DNA of 64,000 nt from Planctomycetota bacterium. GTDB taxonomy: Bacteria; Planctomycetota; UBA8108; SXIK01. Within the stretch, counting starts at the first letter, position 1. Each line of letters starts with the position of its first letter. Both the position numbers and the translations under genes were made by a program. The notes below the pieces were generated by a model, which worked only from the letters and a program-made list of their open reading frames with translations, was not told the origin of the DNA and ran no database searches. The stretch is taken from contig OZ244999.1 of assembly GCA_965223265.1 (NCBI GenBank), positions 7,712,001 to 7,776,000 on the forward strand, in the 5' to 3' direction. Shown here one piece after another: positions 37,039-47,992 of this stretch.

Positions 37039-37803
37039 TCACGGTTGGCTCGCTTGCGTCGCTCGTTCAGACTCTCCGGGTTCGCGCACCACACCGCCAC
37101 TCGGTTCGAGAGTGTCACCGGCGCGTTCGACAGCTGCGCGTGGACCCGCCTCAAGTCGCTCGACATGGGCGGAAAGCTCCTCGAGAAGCGCCTGACAACG
37201 CTGCAGGCGCTCTTGCCCGATTTCACGTGTGCCGCGGTGCGCACGCGGAATCTGCTCGATACGGTCGTGAAGCGCCTCGAGTTCTGTCGCTAGTTGCACG
37301 AGTTCCCGGCGAGCATCGGCGAGCGACGCGTCAATCTTCGCAATGGTGCCGCCGTCGTCATCAACTCTCAAAGGAGTCTCTTCCCACGGGCGTGAACTGC
37401 TCGCCATGTTCGCCAAAGCGTCGCGCGGCGCACGCTGCGATGGCGCCACCGTCCGCGACTCTTCAGTCGAACGAGCGTCCAGAGCGTCGGGAGCCTTCGG
37501 GTTGAGCAAGGGTGACTGCGATGACTGCGCCGCGTCCGAATCTGTAGCGGCCAGATCTGGTACTTCTGAAACGTTCGGCACCCCCGCAGTACGAGAAGCC
37601 GGCGCGATCCAGGTGAGCGCCGCAGCGAACAAAGTGCCTGCAGCCAGCCCGACGCTCAGGAACCAGCTCCTCTGCCGTACGCGCCGCCGACGGAGCGCCT
37701 CGGCTTGGGCGATCAAACAGATGCGTGCGCGAGCCTCGTCCGACGGTCGCTGACACTCGACGCCCGCAAAGAGATCTGAGCCGCGATCGAATTCAGCTGT
37801 CAC
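37039..37803 (-). CDS. Putative single-pass membrane anti-sigma factor
   Basis: GTG after AAGGAG, overlapping the end of the ECF sigma gene. RRRR-TM then a periplasmic coiled coil. Confidence 0.65.
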   Translation of the reverse strand: MTAEFDRGSDLFAGVECQRPSDEARARICLIAQAEALRRRRVRQRSWFLSVGLAAGTLFAAALTWIAPASRTAGVPNVSEVPDLAATDSDAAQSSQSPLLNPKAPDALDARSTEESRTVAPSQRAPRDALANMASSSRPWEETPLRVDDDGGTIAKIDASLADARRELVQLATELEALHDRIEQIPRAHRGTREIGQERLQRCQALLEELSAHVERLEAGPRAAVERAGDTLEPSGGVVREPGESERATQASQP

Positions 37804-38362
37804 GATCTCTCCTTCTTGCCGTCGCCAACAAGGCGCGCCGCAACTTCTCGATGCCGGCGCGATAGCGCGACACGACCGTGGCTTCCGGCACCTCAACGAC
37901 AGCCGCGATGTCGATGAACTTCATGCCGGCGAGATCGCGAAGAACGACCGCTTCGCGCTGCGGATCGGGGAGCTCGTGCAGCTGATAGCTCAAGTCCTCG
38001 GCGTCGACCACAGCACCATCGCGCGAGCACGACACCGGTTCAGCCCGAAAGAACGGATCACGCGAACGACTCTCGAGAGCAGTGCGGCCTCGCATTTCGC
38101 GCCGATGCCAATCGATCGCCAAGCGCCGCGCTGCCTGGAAGAGGAAAGGTCCCATGTCCTCACGCGTTTCGAGACTGCCAAGGCTTCGCAGGAGACGCCC
38201 GAACGTCTCCTGCACCAAGTCCTCAGCGACCTCGCGCCGGCGCACAAACGCCAACACAAAGACGTAGAGCGCTGCGGCGTGACGGTCGTAGAAGGCGGTG
38301 AAAGCCGCCTCTTTGCCACGCTGGTAGGCGAGGATCAGGTCGCGGTCGCTGCCTTGGTTCAT
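37793..38362 (-). CDS. ECF RNA polymerase sigma factor
   Basis: Region 2 AEDLVQETF..FLFQAARRLAID..R. Region 4 LPDPQREAVVL..IA..PEATVVSR. Confidence 0.92.
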   Translation of the reverse strand: MNQGSDRDLILAYQRGKEAAFTAFYDRHAAALYVFVLAFVRRREVAEDLVQETFGRLLRSLGSLETREDMGPFLFQAARRLAIDWHRREMRGRTALESRSRDPFFRAEPVSCSRDGAVVDAEDLSYQLHELPDPQREAVVLRDLAGMKFIDIAAVVEVPEATVVSRYRAGIEKLRRALLATARRRDRDS

Positions 38363-38919
38363 TTGCGAGGTAGAACGCTTGGGCCCAGCGAAACCTTTGA
38401 AAAAAGCGCTGTCAGCCATTGTGCCCGCCGCCATGGGCCGGAAACACATCTTCGCCGGCCGGCAAAAAATGAAGGCATGAAATGCCTCGACTCGCTGTTT
38501 TTGCAGGCGTGGGATCTGAATCGGCGTTCAGTCCCGCAAATTGTGTGTTCTGTATCTGTTAGTGCCGGACAAGCCGCCTCGAGGGGGCGCCGCAAACGCC
38601 TCCCAAACGCGCGTCCAAACGGCCAACGTGAACCCCTCACATCCCTCTGCGAGAAGCGCCAGGGCACAAACTATATCTTTCAAAAAAAGCCGTTTCTTGC
38701 GTAGAATAGCGCCGCTACGCGGCGTGCGCCTGGGATTGGGCGGCGTAGCAGGGGACTCGCCGTTTGTGCGCGCGTGGGACGTCGTCGACACGGCTCCCGC
38801 GGCCACTCTAGCGCGTTGAAGGCCATCCGATGCGGATCGGATCGCCCCGCCCCGGCGTCTCTCACGACCACGCCGCTCTTCGCTTCGGCAACCCATCCGA
38901 GAATCGGAGGTCAGAGACC

Positions 38920-40389
38920 ATGTTGGTCATCCCTGGAGATCAAGGCAGAGTCACTTGTGACGGCATCACGCGGCGCGAGCTGCTGCGCATTGGTGGATCA
39001 GCGATGCTAGGCGTCGGCCTCTCACAGCTTCTCGAACTTCAAGAGGCGCAGGCCGCCGCCGCGGTGGCCAAGTCGGTCGGAGCCCCGGGCTGGAACAAGG
39101 CCAAAAGCGTCATCCTGATCTATTTGCAGGGCGGCCCCAGCCACATCGATCTGTGGGACCCAAAGGTCGATGCGCCTTCCGATGTCAAAAGCATCTACTC
39201 GACGATCAAGACCAAGGTCCCGGGCACTCAGGTGACCGAACTGCTGCCAAACCTTGCGAAGGTCACCGACAAACTGACGCTCGTTCGGACGATGAGCTAC
39301 ACGCCGGTGGGCCTCTTCAACCACACCGCGGCGATCTACCAGATGCTCACCGGCTACACGGCAGACAAAGTCAGCCCATCAGGTCAGCTCGAGCCACCAT
39401 CGCCGAAGGATTTTCCGAACGTTGGCTGCAACGTCGTCAAAGAAAAGCCGCCGGAAGTTCCCATGCTTCCGTTCGTCATGATGCCCCGGCCGCTCCAAGA
39501 GAGTAACGTTGTCGGCAAGGGCGGTACCGCCGGCTTCCTGGGCCGCGCGTTCGATCCGTTCTATCTCTACCCCCCGGGGGATGACTACGACAACACGAAG
39601 ATGGACAAGATTAAGGTCGATGATCTCACCATGCGACCGGAGATCTCGGTCCCGCGGCTGAAACGTCGGGCGAACGTGCTCGCAGCGCTGAACGAAGGCA
39701 TGCCGGCACTCGAGAAGGCGGTCGCCAAATACGATCTCGACGAGTACACGGACAGAGCGCTCAGCCTCGTCCTTTCTGGACGGGCACGGACGGCATTCGA
39801 CCTCAGCGCCGAGCCCGACAAGCTCCGAGACGAGTACGGCCGCAACACCTTCGGGCAATGCTGCCTGCTGGCTCGTCGACTCGTTGAGGCCGGTACACGC
39901 TTCGTCGAAATCAACTGGCCGAAGATCGCCAACTCGGATCGCCACTCATGGGACGTGCACGCCGGCCTTCCAGAGCGCATGAAGAAGCTCTCTGGACCGA
40001 TGCTCGACCCTGGCCTGGCGACCCTGATTCGGGATCTGGATGATCGCGGACAGCTGGACGAGACACTCGTCGTCGCCGTGGGTGAGTTCGGTCGTAGCCC
40101 GAAGCGAGGCGTCAGTACGTCGGGCAACAGCAACTCTGCTGACGGCCGTGACCACTGGCCGTACTGTTACACCGCGGTCCTCGCCGGCGCGGGCATCAAA
40201 CGCGGCGCGGTCTACGGCGAGTCCGATGCAACCGCCTCCGCACCGCTCAACAACCCAGTCAGCCCACAGCAGCTGCTGGCGACCATCTATCACACTCTGG
40301 GAATCGAACCTCACTCGATTGTTTACAACCACTTGAATCAGCCTCGTGAGCTCGTCAAAGGCGAAGCGGTTCTCGACCTGTTCGCTTGA
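38920..40389 (+). CDS. DUF1501 domain protein (Tat-type signal)
   Basis: GGAGG RBS and TRRELL. Motifs [35 protein letters not shown] and GRDHWP. Confidence 0.93.
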   Translation: MLVIPGDQGRVTCDGITRRELLRIGGSAMLGVGLSQLLELQEAQAAAAVAKSVGAPGWNKAKSVILIYLQGGPSHIDLWDPKVDAPSDVKSIYSTIKTKVPGTQVTELLPNLAKVTDKLTLVRTMSYTPVGLFNHTAAIYQMLTGYTADKVSPSGQLEPPSPKDFPNVGCNVVKEKPPEVPMLPFVMMPRPLQESNVVGKGGTAGFLGRAFDPFYLYPPGDDYDNTKMDKIKVDDLTMRPEISVPRLKRRANVLAALNEGMPALEKAVAKYDLDEYTDRALSLVLSGRARTAFDLSAEPDKLRDEYGRNTFGQCCLLARRLVEAGTRFVEINWPKIANSDRHSWDVHAGLPERMKKLSGPMLDPGLATLIRDLDDRGQLDETLVVAVGEFGRSPKRGVSTSGNSNSADGRDHWPYCYTAVLAGAGIKRGAVYGESDATASAPLNNPVSPQQLLATIYHTLGIEPHSIVYNHLNQPRELVKGEAVLDLFA

Positions 40390-40501
40390 GAGCCGGCAGA
40401 TTCGCCAAGCATTCGTCCCTTCAATCGCTAACTTCGCGCGGCGTACGAATGATGTAATGTCGCTGCGCGAGGTGCTCTCGGCTCGACGACCAATAGCCGC
40501 C

Positions 40502-42025
40502 ATGATCACTCGCCTCCGCTGCCTACTCATCTGTTCGCTCTTGACGTCATCTGCTGTCTTCGCGGCGGAAACGAACCCGGCGCCCGTTGAAGCTTCGACC
40601 AGCTTCTTTCGCGACGTGCTGCCGATTCTTCGCGAGCATTGCCAAGGGTGTCATCAGCCCGCAAAGGCAAACGGGAAGCTCGTCCTCACTGACTACGCCA
40701 GCCTCATGCAGGGTGGGCGTAGCGACGACGCCATCGTCGTCCCGGGTAAGCCTGACGAGAGTCTTCTGATCGCGGAGATCACACCAGACTCCGAAGGCAA
40801 AGCCTCGATGCCAAAGAAGGCGCCGCCGCTTTCGGCGCCCGACATCGAGGTCGTGCGAAAGTGGATTCTCGGCGGCGCCGGGAACGACACGCCGGCGGCG
40901 GCGGCGCGCCAGTACGACATGGACAACCCTCCAGTGTATCAGCGCCTGCCGGTGCTCACCGCGATCGACTTCTCGCCGGACGGCAACCTCGTCGCCGTCT
41001 CGGGCTATCATGAAGTGCTTCTGCATCGCGCCGACGGCAGCGGCGTGGTGGCGCGTTTGGTTGGCGCGTCGGAACGGATACAGTCTCTATCGTTTTCGCC
41101 GGACGGGAAACTGATCGCGGTGGCCGGCGGCTCACCGGGGCGCTTCGGTGAGATTCAGATCTGGGATGTCGATAAGGCGAAGCTTCGCCATTCGATCTCA
41201 AAGACGCACGACACACTCTACGGTATCAGCTGGTCGCGAGACGGCAGTAAACTGGCGTTCGGCTGCGCCGACAACTCCGTGCGCTCAGTTGACGTCAAGA
41301 GCGGAGAAGAAGTTCTCTTCAACGGCGCTCACAACGACTGGGTGCTGGCGACCGCGTTCTCGACGGACGACTCGCACCTCGTCTCGGTCAGCCGTGATCG
41401 TTCGCTGAAGCTGATCAAGGTCGATACGCAGCAGTTCATTGACAATATCACGAGCATCACGCCGGGCGCGCTCAAAGGCGGACTCATGGCCGTCGATTGC
41501 CATCCGAAGCGCGACGAGTTGCTGGTCGGCGGCGCGGACGGTGCACCCAAAATCTATCGGATGCACCGCGTCAAGGCGCGCCGGATCGGCGACGACTACA
41601 ATCTCATCAGCAGTTTTGACGCCGCACCCGGCCGCATCTTTTCGGCTCGCTTCAGCGCCGACGGCCAACGTTTCGCGGTCGGCAGCAGCTACAACGGCAG
41701 CGGTGAAGTGCGCTGCTACACGAGCGGACCGAGCGCCGAGGAACGTGACTCCGAAGAGAAAGCCAAGAAAGAGGCGGAACAGAATCAGGACAAAGAGGAG
41801 AGCGAGGACCAGAAGAGTCAGCTCGTAGAGGGCAAACTCGTCTGGAAAGTAGAGCTCGACACAGCGGTCTACTCGGTCGATTTTCATCCAGATGGCAACC
41901 GAGTTGCGGCAGCGGGATTCGACGGCAAAGTGCGTCTTTTCGACGCCAAGACGGGTGAACTCGTCAGCACGTTTGTCCCCGTTCCGCTCGTGGAGTCCGA
42001 AAAGGCGCGAACGCGCCTTTTCTAG
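40502..42025 (+). CDS. Planctomycete cytochrome c domain plus WD40 repeat protein
   Basis: FFRDVLPIL..CQGCH..PGKPDESLL..MP..WI (one haem). FSPDG-type WD40 repeats. Confidence 0.9.
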   Translation: MITRLRCLLICSLLTSSAVFAAETNPAPVEASTSFFRDVLPILREHCQGCHQPAKANGKLVLTDYASLMQGGRSDDAIVVPGKPDESLLIAEITPDSEGKASMPKKAPPLSAPDIEVVRKWILGGAGNDTPAAAARQYDMDNPPVYQRLPVLTAIDFSPDGNLVAVSGYHEVLLHRADGSGVVARLVGASERIQSLSFSPDGKLIAVAGGSPGRFGEIQIWDVDKAKLRHSISKTHDTLYGISWSRDGSKLAFGCADNSVRSVDVKSGEEVLFNGAHNDWVLATAFSTDDSHLVSVSRDRSLKLIKVDTQQFIDNITSITPGALKGGLMAVDCHPKRDELLVGGADGAPKIYRMHRVKARRIGDDYNLISSFDAAPGRIFSARFSADGQRFAVGSSYNGSGEVRCYTSGPSAEERDSEEKAKKEAEQNQDKEESEDQKSQLVEGKLVWKVELDTAVYSVDFHPDGNRVAAAGFDGKVRLFDAKTGELVSTFVPVPLVESEKARTRLF

Positions 42026-42081
42026 TCGTCAATCGCCGCGCGAGATGAGCAAGCAAACGCGAATCGTTAACGGGTAAGAGA

Positions 42082-45000
42082 ATGAACGTATGTCGATGGA
42101 TCACGCGGTGGCTGATTTGCTCCTTCCTTTTCATCGTTGCATCCGCCTTGAGCCTATCGAACGTGGTAGTCGCTGCAGAGGCGGGAGAAAAGGAATCGTT
42201 GCCGACGGGAGCTGAGGTTCAGAGCCTGAAAGTGTTCCCAGAGTCGGTCGCGCTGCCGCACAAGTTCGCTTATCGCCAGCTGCTGGTAACGGCCACGATG
42301 AACGGCGGTGACGAGGTCGACGTGACGCGCATGGCCAAGATCACGGTCGACACCGACTTAGCAGAGGTGAACGCCCGCGGCTTTGTGACGCCGGTGAAGG
42401 ACGGGACAGGCTCCATCGAAGTTTCCTTGGGCGGTCAATCGCTCGCTGTGCCGATTGAAGTGACGGGTCAAACAGCGCCATACCGTGTGAGTTATGTTCA
42501 AGACGTCATGCCGATCATGTCACGTATCGGCTGCAACGCCGGCACGTGCCATGGCTCCGCCCAGGGTAAGAACGGGTTCAAACTGTCGCTGCGCGGATAC
42601 GACCTCCTTTTCGACTACCGTGCGCTCACCGATGACCTCGAAAGCCGACGCTTCGACCGCGCCTCACCTGACAACAGCCTTTTTCTGCTCAAGATCACCG
42701 GCGTCGTGCCCCACGTCGGTGGAGCGCTTGCTAAGCCAGGGGAACCATACTACGAAGCGCTTCGGGGCTGGGTTGCGGACGGCGTGACTCTCGACCTCGA
42801 GAGTCCGCGCGTCGAGTCGATCCGTGTGTTCCCGGAAAGCCCGATCATCCCGCTGCCTGGGATGCGGCAGCAAATCGCGATACTGGCGACCTTCAGCGAC
42901 GGCAGCGTCCGGGACGTGACGCGCGAGGCGTTCGTCGAGTCGAGCAATATCGAAGTGACGAGCGTCGATCGCCCTGGGTTGATCACAGCTCTCAGGCGCG
43001 GCGAAGCGGCCGTTCTCGCACGCTATGAAGGCCGCTATGCGGTAGCGCAATTGACCGTTATGGGAGACCGCAGCGGATTCGAGTGGAAGGAAGTTCCTGA
43101 GTACAACTACCTCGACACCCTCGTCTACAAGAAGCTGAAAAAGATCAAAGCCCTTCCGAGCGGCGTGTGCACCGACTCCGAGTTTCTGCGTCGCGTCTAC
43201 CTCGACCTTACCGGTCTGCCACCAAGACCGAAGGAAGTGCGCAATTTTCTCTTCGACCGGCGCAACTCAAAGGTCAAGCGAGACGAACTGATCGACCGAC
43301 TGATCGGCAACTCCGAATTCGTCGATTTCTGGACGAACAAATGGGCCGATTTGCTTCAGGTCAATCCGAAGTTTCTCGGCAAAGACGGCGCCGCGGCGCT
43401 ACGGCAGTGGATTCAGCAGGGCGTCGCCAGCAACGTGCCCTACAACGAGTTCGTCGAGAGCATACTGGCCGGCACTGGCTCGACCCTGAAGAATCCGCCG
43501 GCGGCGTATTACAAAATCCTCCGCACGCCGGAGGATGCGATGGAGAACACGACGCAGCTCTTTTTGGGCGTGCGCTTCAACTGCAACAAGTGCCACGACC
43601 ACCCGTTCGAACGTTGGACTCAAAACAACTACTGGCAGTTGTCGTCGTTCTTCGCGCGCATCGGCCGCAAGAACGCTCCTGGGTCACCGATCATGCCGCG
43701 CCAGGCCGCGACACAGACGGAACGACCTGCGTTCGAAGAGATCATCTTCGACAAGGAGGACGGAGAGGTTACGCCGCCGTACGGTGGCACCGTGACCGCC
43801 ACGTTCCCCTACACGCACCCCGGCACGGTCCCGAGCGAAAGCCCTCGCCGTCAACAACTGGCCGCGTGGCTCGCTTCCGCCGACAACCCGTACTTCGCGA
43901 AGAGCTTCGTCAACCGCTTGTGGAGCTACTTCTTCGGCGTCGGGTTCATCGAGCCCGTCGATGACATTCGCGCCGGCAATCCTGCCAGCAATCCAGAGCT
44001 GCTCGACCGATTGACCAAAGAATTCATCGACACCGGTTTCGACGTGCGGCACTTGATGCGTCTGATCGTGCGCTCGCGCACTTACCAACACTCGATCAAG
44101 ACCAACGAGTTCAACGCCGAAGACACGACCAACTTCTCGCACGCCCTGGCGCGCCGGCTGCCGGCCGAGACGCTCTTCGATGCCTTGCACCAAGCGACGG
44201 GAGCGAGGGCCAAACTCCCAGGTGTGCGAGCAGGAAGCCGCGCCGCAGAACTCACCGACCCGAAAGTGAAAACCAACGACGGTTTTCTCGACCTCTTCGG
44301 TAGACCGCCGCGCGAAAGCGCCTGTGAGTGTGAACGATCGAGTGGCATGTCGCTTGGTCAATCCCTCAACCTGGTCAATGGTCCAACCGTCGCCGAAGCA
44401 ATCCGCAGCGAAGGGAACGCCATTGCCGATCTGGTCGCCGTCGAGTCGAGGCCTGAGAGACTCGTCGAAGAACTCTTCGTATCGTTTCTGAGTCGATTAC
44501 CGACCGAGGCAGAAACGAAGAGCCTCGTGCCTCTGTTCGCGCACGAAGAGCGAGCCAACCTCGAGGCACTGGCACCTGGCGACAAACAGGCGATCGATGA
44601 GGCACTCGTCGCTTACGAACGCGAGCAGAGCATCCCTGAGTGGAAGACTCTTAAGCCGGATCTTTTGCGGTCCACCGTCGACGGCGTCGAGTTCACCGTC
44701 CAAGAAGATGGTGCGGTTCTCGTCTCCGGCGCTGATACGCCGAAGGACGTTTATACCTTCGTCGCGTCCACCGATCTCGAGGGTATCACTGGCGTTCGCA
44801 TCGAGGCGCTGACAGACGAGAGCTTGCCGAAGAAGGGTCCGGGTCGGCGCGACACCGGCAGCTTCGACCTGACGAACTTCACCGTGGCCGCAGTACCCGT
44901 GACGGACGCAGCCAAAGCCGTCGGCGTCCAGCTTGAGAACCCCACGGCGACAGACAACCGCCCGGAACGCGCAATCGACGACGACCTCAGCCGAGGCTGG

Positions 45001-45360
45001 GAGCCTCGCGCGGGCCAGGATCACGAAGCCGTCTTCGAGCTCAAAGAACCCGTCGGCAGCAAGGGCGGCACATTGTTGACCCTTTCGATTGCACAGCAGC
45101 GCGGCGAGCATCGAGTGCTCGGAAAGTTCCGCATTTCGGTCACGACGTCGAAAAAGCCTGTACGCGTGCTGACCGTGCCGCAAGAGATCGCGGCGATCAT
45201 TGTTACGGCTCACGAGAAGAGGACGCCCGAACAGCAAAGTACACTCTTCAAGCACTTCATCGGCAAGCGTCGAGATCTTGCCGATCGAATTCGACTCAAC
45301 GCGGCTCAAGATCTTGCCTGGGCGCTGATCAACACACCCGCTTTTCTTTTCAATCGATAA
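42082..45360 (+). CDS. DUF1549/DUF1553 (PSD1) protein with Ig-like (Big_2) domains
   Basis: Motifs GCNAGTCHG, FLRRVYLDLTG, CNKCHDHPF, FVNRLWSYFFG, CECER and DLAWALIN..FLFN. Confidence 0.92.
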   Translation: MNVCRWITRWLICSFLFIVASALSLSNVVVAAEAGEKESLPTGAEVQSLKVFPESVALPHKFAYRQLLVTATMNGGDEVDVTRMAKITVDTDLAEVNARGFVTPVKDGTGSIEVSLGGQSLAVPIEVTGQTAPYRVSYVQDVMPIMSRIGCNAGTCHGSAQGKNGFKLSLRGYDLLFDYRALTDDLESRRFDRASPDNSLFLLKITGVVPHVGGALAKPGEPYYEALRGWVADGVTLDLESPRVESIRVFPESPIIPLPGMRQQIAILATFSDGSVRDVTREAFVESSNIEVTSVDRPGLITALRRGEAAVLARYEGRYAVAQLTVMGDRSGFEWKEVPEYNYLDTLVYKKLKKIKALPSGVCTDSEFLRRVYLDLTGLPPRPKEVRNFLFDRRNSKVKRDELIDRLIGNSEFVDFWTNKWADLLQVNPKFLGKDGAAALRQWIQQGVASNVPYNEFVESILAGTGSTLKNPPAAYYKILRTPEDAMENTTQLFLGVRFNCNKCHDHPFERWTQNNYWQLSSFFARIGRKNAPGSPIMPRQAATQTERPAFEEIIFDKEDGEVTPPYGGTVTATFPYTHPGTVPSESPRRQQLAAWLASADNPYFAKSFVNRLWSYFFGVGFIEPVDDIRAGNPASNPELLDRLTKEFIDTGFDVRHLMRLIVRSRTYQHSIKTNEFNAEDTTNFSHALARRLPAETLFDALHQATGARAKLPGVRAGSRAAELTDPKVKTNDGFLDLFGRPPRESACECERSSGMSLGQSLNLVNGPTVAEAIRSEGNAIADLVAVESRPERLVEELFVSFLSRLPTEAETKSLVPLFAHEERANLEALAPGDKQAIDEALVAYEREQSIPEWKTLKPDLLRSTVDGVEFTVQEDGAVLVSGADTPKDVYTFVASTDLEGITGVRIEALTDESLPKKGPGRRDTGSFDLTNFTVAAVPVTDAAKAVGVQLENPTATDNRPERAIDDDLSRGWEPRAGQDHEAVFELKEPVGSKGGTLLTLSIAQQRGEHRVLGKFRISVTTSKKPVRVLTVPQEIAAIIVTAHEKRTPEQQSTLFKHFIGKRRDLADRIRLNAAQDLAWALINTPAFLFNR

Positions 45361-45387
45361 CACCGCGGTCGCGAACCGGAAAAAAAC

Positions 45388-45425
45388 AGGGCGCCGTCGC
45401 TGATGGGCGACGGCGTTCTTCTTTT
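45388..45425 (+). terminator. Probable Rho-independent terminator
   Basis: GGGCGCCGTCGC-TGATGG-GCGACGGCGTTC followed by TTCTTTT. Confidence 0.7.
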
Positions 45426-45458
45426 CGACGCAGCCTCGCTTCACGGAGAACGCACAAC

Positions 45459-47744
45459 ATGCAATCGATGCGTTTCGGTCTTGTCAGTTTCGCTCTCATT
45501 AGCGTGGTCTTGGGTCTTCGTGTCGCGTCAGGGGCACCTCGGGCAGCTGACTTCGATCCGAGCGCATACACTCCGATCGATACGTCGAACCTTCTAGGTT
45601 CCCCGGATCCCCTGCCGCCGCTCGTCGTTGAGCCGGCGTTTCCAAACCTCAAGTTCTCGCGCCCCGTCGTGTTGACGCACGCTGGCGACGACTCGGGGCG
45701 ACTCTTTGTTTGCGATCAGCCCGGCATCGTCTATGTGTTCGAGAATCGAGATGACGTCGGCGAAGCCAAGGTCTTTCTAGACATCCGCGACAAGACGCTC
45801 ACACAGCACTTCGAAGAGGGTCTCCTCGGTCTCGCGTTCCACCCCCGGTACCGTGAGAACGGCGAGTTCTTCGTCTACTATTCGACGCCGCCACGTGCTT
45901 CGATTGTCGCGCGTTACCGCGTCTCGGAGTCGGACCCCAATCGTGCCGACCCCGAGAGCGAAGAAAGGCTGCTCGAGGTCGAGCAACCTTTCGGAAACCA
46001 CAACGGTGGCAGCATTGAGTTCGGCCCGGACGGCATGCTGTACGTCGCCCTCGGTGACGGCGGTCGCCGCGACGACCCGTTCGGCAACGGTCAGAACCTT
46101 GAGACGCTGCTCGGGTCGATCCTGCGCATCGATGTGGAACACAAGCAAGCGGGAAAAAACTATGCCGTGCCGCGCGACAATCCTTTTGTCGGGCGCGGCG
46201 AGAACGTGCGTGGCGAGATTTGGGCGTACGGCATCCGCAATCCATGGCGCATGACGTTCGACTCGAAGACCGGCGATCTCTGGGTTGCCGATGTCGGCCA
46301 AGATCTCTGGGAGGAAGTCAACGTTATCGTCAAGGGCGGCAACTACGGCTGGAGCGCCCGCGAAGGCCATCACCCACTGGTGCCGCGCCGCCAGCCGGTC
46401 AAGCCGAATCGTCCGAGCGAGGATCCGATGACCGAGGCGATTCACGTCTATCCACGACATGAGGGCAAGTCGATCACCGGTGGTCACGTGTACCGCGGTC
46501 AAAGTCTTCCGGCGTTCGCCGGTGCGTACTTCTACTCCGACTTCGTCAACTTCAATATCTGGGCGTTGACGTACGACGGCTCCAAGGTCACTTCGAATCA
46601 GCGCGTCGCGCGATCACCTTCACCGGTGACGTCGTTCGGAATCGATGACAAGGGCGAAATCCTCTTCACCACCTTCGAAGCGGCTGAGCCCGGTGAAATG
46701 GATCGACTCTCGATGGGCGACTACTTCAGGCTGACGCGCGGTGGCGTCTATCGTCTACGCCGACGCAGCACGCCGACCACCGTCGCGGCGCCATTTCCAC
46801 GACGGCTATCCGAGACTGGCCTGTTCACAAACGTCGAGGAACTACTCCCGGCGCGCGGACTGGTGCCGTACAGCGTCAACGTGCCCCTGTGGTCGGATGG
46901 CGCGGACAAGGAGCGCTACGTCGCAATGCCGGCAGGCGCCAAGATCGACTTCAGCGCCGACGGTCATTGGAAGTTTCCGCTTGGCACAGTGCTCGTGAAG
47001 ACGTTCACGCTCGAGAACACTCCGGGTCGCCCCGCGAGACGCCTCGAGACGCGCCTTTTGGTCAAGGCAGGCCACGGTTGGAACGGCTACACCTACGTCT
47101 GGAATCACGGCCAGACGGATGCAGACCTGCTGGACGGCGCGGCAGCCCGGGAGGTCGCGAAACCCGGCCAAGCCGACGGCCGCATGTCGTGGTACTTCCC
47201 AAGTCGTTCCGACTGCAACGCCTGCCACACTAAGACCGCCGGGTTCGCGCTTGGTCTCAACACACGCCAGATGAATCGCGTCCATGACTACGGCGACGTC
47301 AGCGCCAACCAGCTCGCCATGTTCGACGCGCTTGGCCTTTTCAGCCAGCGCCTAGCGAAATACCCGCACGACTTCGACGCCTACCCTGAATGGGGCTCCC
47401 GCACTGCAGACACCGCCTCCCTCGCGCGAGCCTATCTCGACGTCAACTGCGCCCTCTGCCACGCCCCGGGCGGCACCGGTGTGGCTAAGGCCGACTTCAG
47501 GTTCCACACGCCGCTGGCCAAAGCCGGCGTGCTGAACGAGACGCCGGGCCAGCTGCGCCTCGGCGCAGTCGACAGTGCCGTCGTGGTTCCCGGCGCGCCG
47601 CAGCGCTCCGAGCTACTCTTGCGCCTCATGGTGCGCGGCCCCGGTCGCATGCCAACGTTAGCCACTTCCGAGATCGACTGGGAAGCGGTGCGCGTTCTCG
47701 GCGAGTGGATCTCAGGTCTGACACCGACCGCGACCAACGAGTAG
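45459..47744 (+). CDS. PQQ-dependent sugar (glucose/sorbosone) dehydrogenase fused to a di-haem cytochrome c-like domain
   Basis: Motifs GLLGLAFHP, NHNGG..FGPDG, GIRNPWR, DVGQ..EEVN and GGNYGW. C-terminal LSETG..PLWSDGA, with CNACH and CALCH. Confidence 0.88.
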   Translation: MQSMRFGLVSFALISVVLGLRVASGAPRAADFDPSAYTPIDTSNLLGSPDPLPPLVVEPAFPNLKFSRPVVLTHAGDDSGRLFVCDQPGIVYVFENRDDVGEAKVFLDIRDKTLTQHFEEGLLGLAFHPRYRENGEFFVYYSTPPRASIVARYRVSESDPNRADPESEERLLEVEQPFGNHNGGSIEFGPDGMLYVALGDGGRRDDPFGNGQNLETLLGSILRIDVEHKQAGKNYAVPRDNPFVGRGENVRGEIWAYGIRNPWRMTFDSKTGDLWVADVGQDLWEEVNVIVKGGNYGWSAREGHHPLVPRRQPVKPNRPSEDPMTEAIHVYPRHEGKSITGGHVYRGQSLPAFAGAYFYSDFVNFNIWALTYDGSKVTSNQRVARSPSPVTSFGIDDKGEILFTTFEAAEPGEMDRLSMGDYFRLTRGGVYRLRRRSTPTTVAAPFPRRLSETGLFTNVEELLPARGLVPYSVNVPLWSDGADKERYVAMPAGAKIDFSADGHWKFPLGTVLVKTFTLENTPGRPARRLETRLLVKAGHGWNGYTYVWNHGQTDADLLDGAAAREVAKPGQADGRMSWYFPSRSDCNACHTKTAGFALGLNTRQMNRVHDYGDVSANQLAMFDALGLFSQRLAKYPHDFDAYPEWGSRTADTASLARAYLDVNCALCHAPGGTGVAKADFRFHTPLAKAGVLNETPGQLRLGAVDSAVVVPGAPQRSELLLRLMVRGPGRMPTLATSEIDWEAVRVLGEWISGLTPTATNE

Positions 47745-47992
47745 CCTGTACCTGCGAGACCTCCCTGCCAGTTTTTCGGACAGAGGACGACCGTCGCGCG
47801 AAGAAGCGGCCAGTCAGTGACTTCCGAGAATCCTCGTGAAGTAACAACGTTGCGCCCGTTGTTTTCAGGCTCTTGGGTGGTGACGCGAATCTGCCCGGTA
47901 GCGTCTCCTTTAGACAGACGCACCCTAGCTCCGAAGAGAAGGTATTGCAGTGATCTTTTCCGCCGTAGCCCCCTCAGTCGCCTGAGCAGCTC

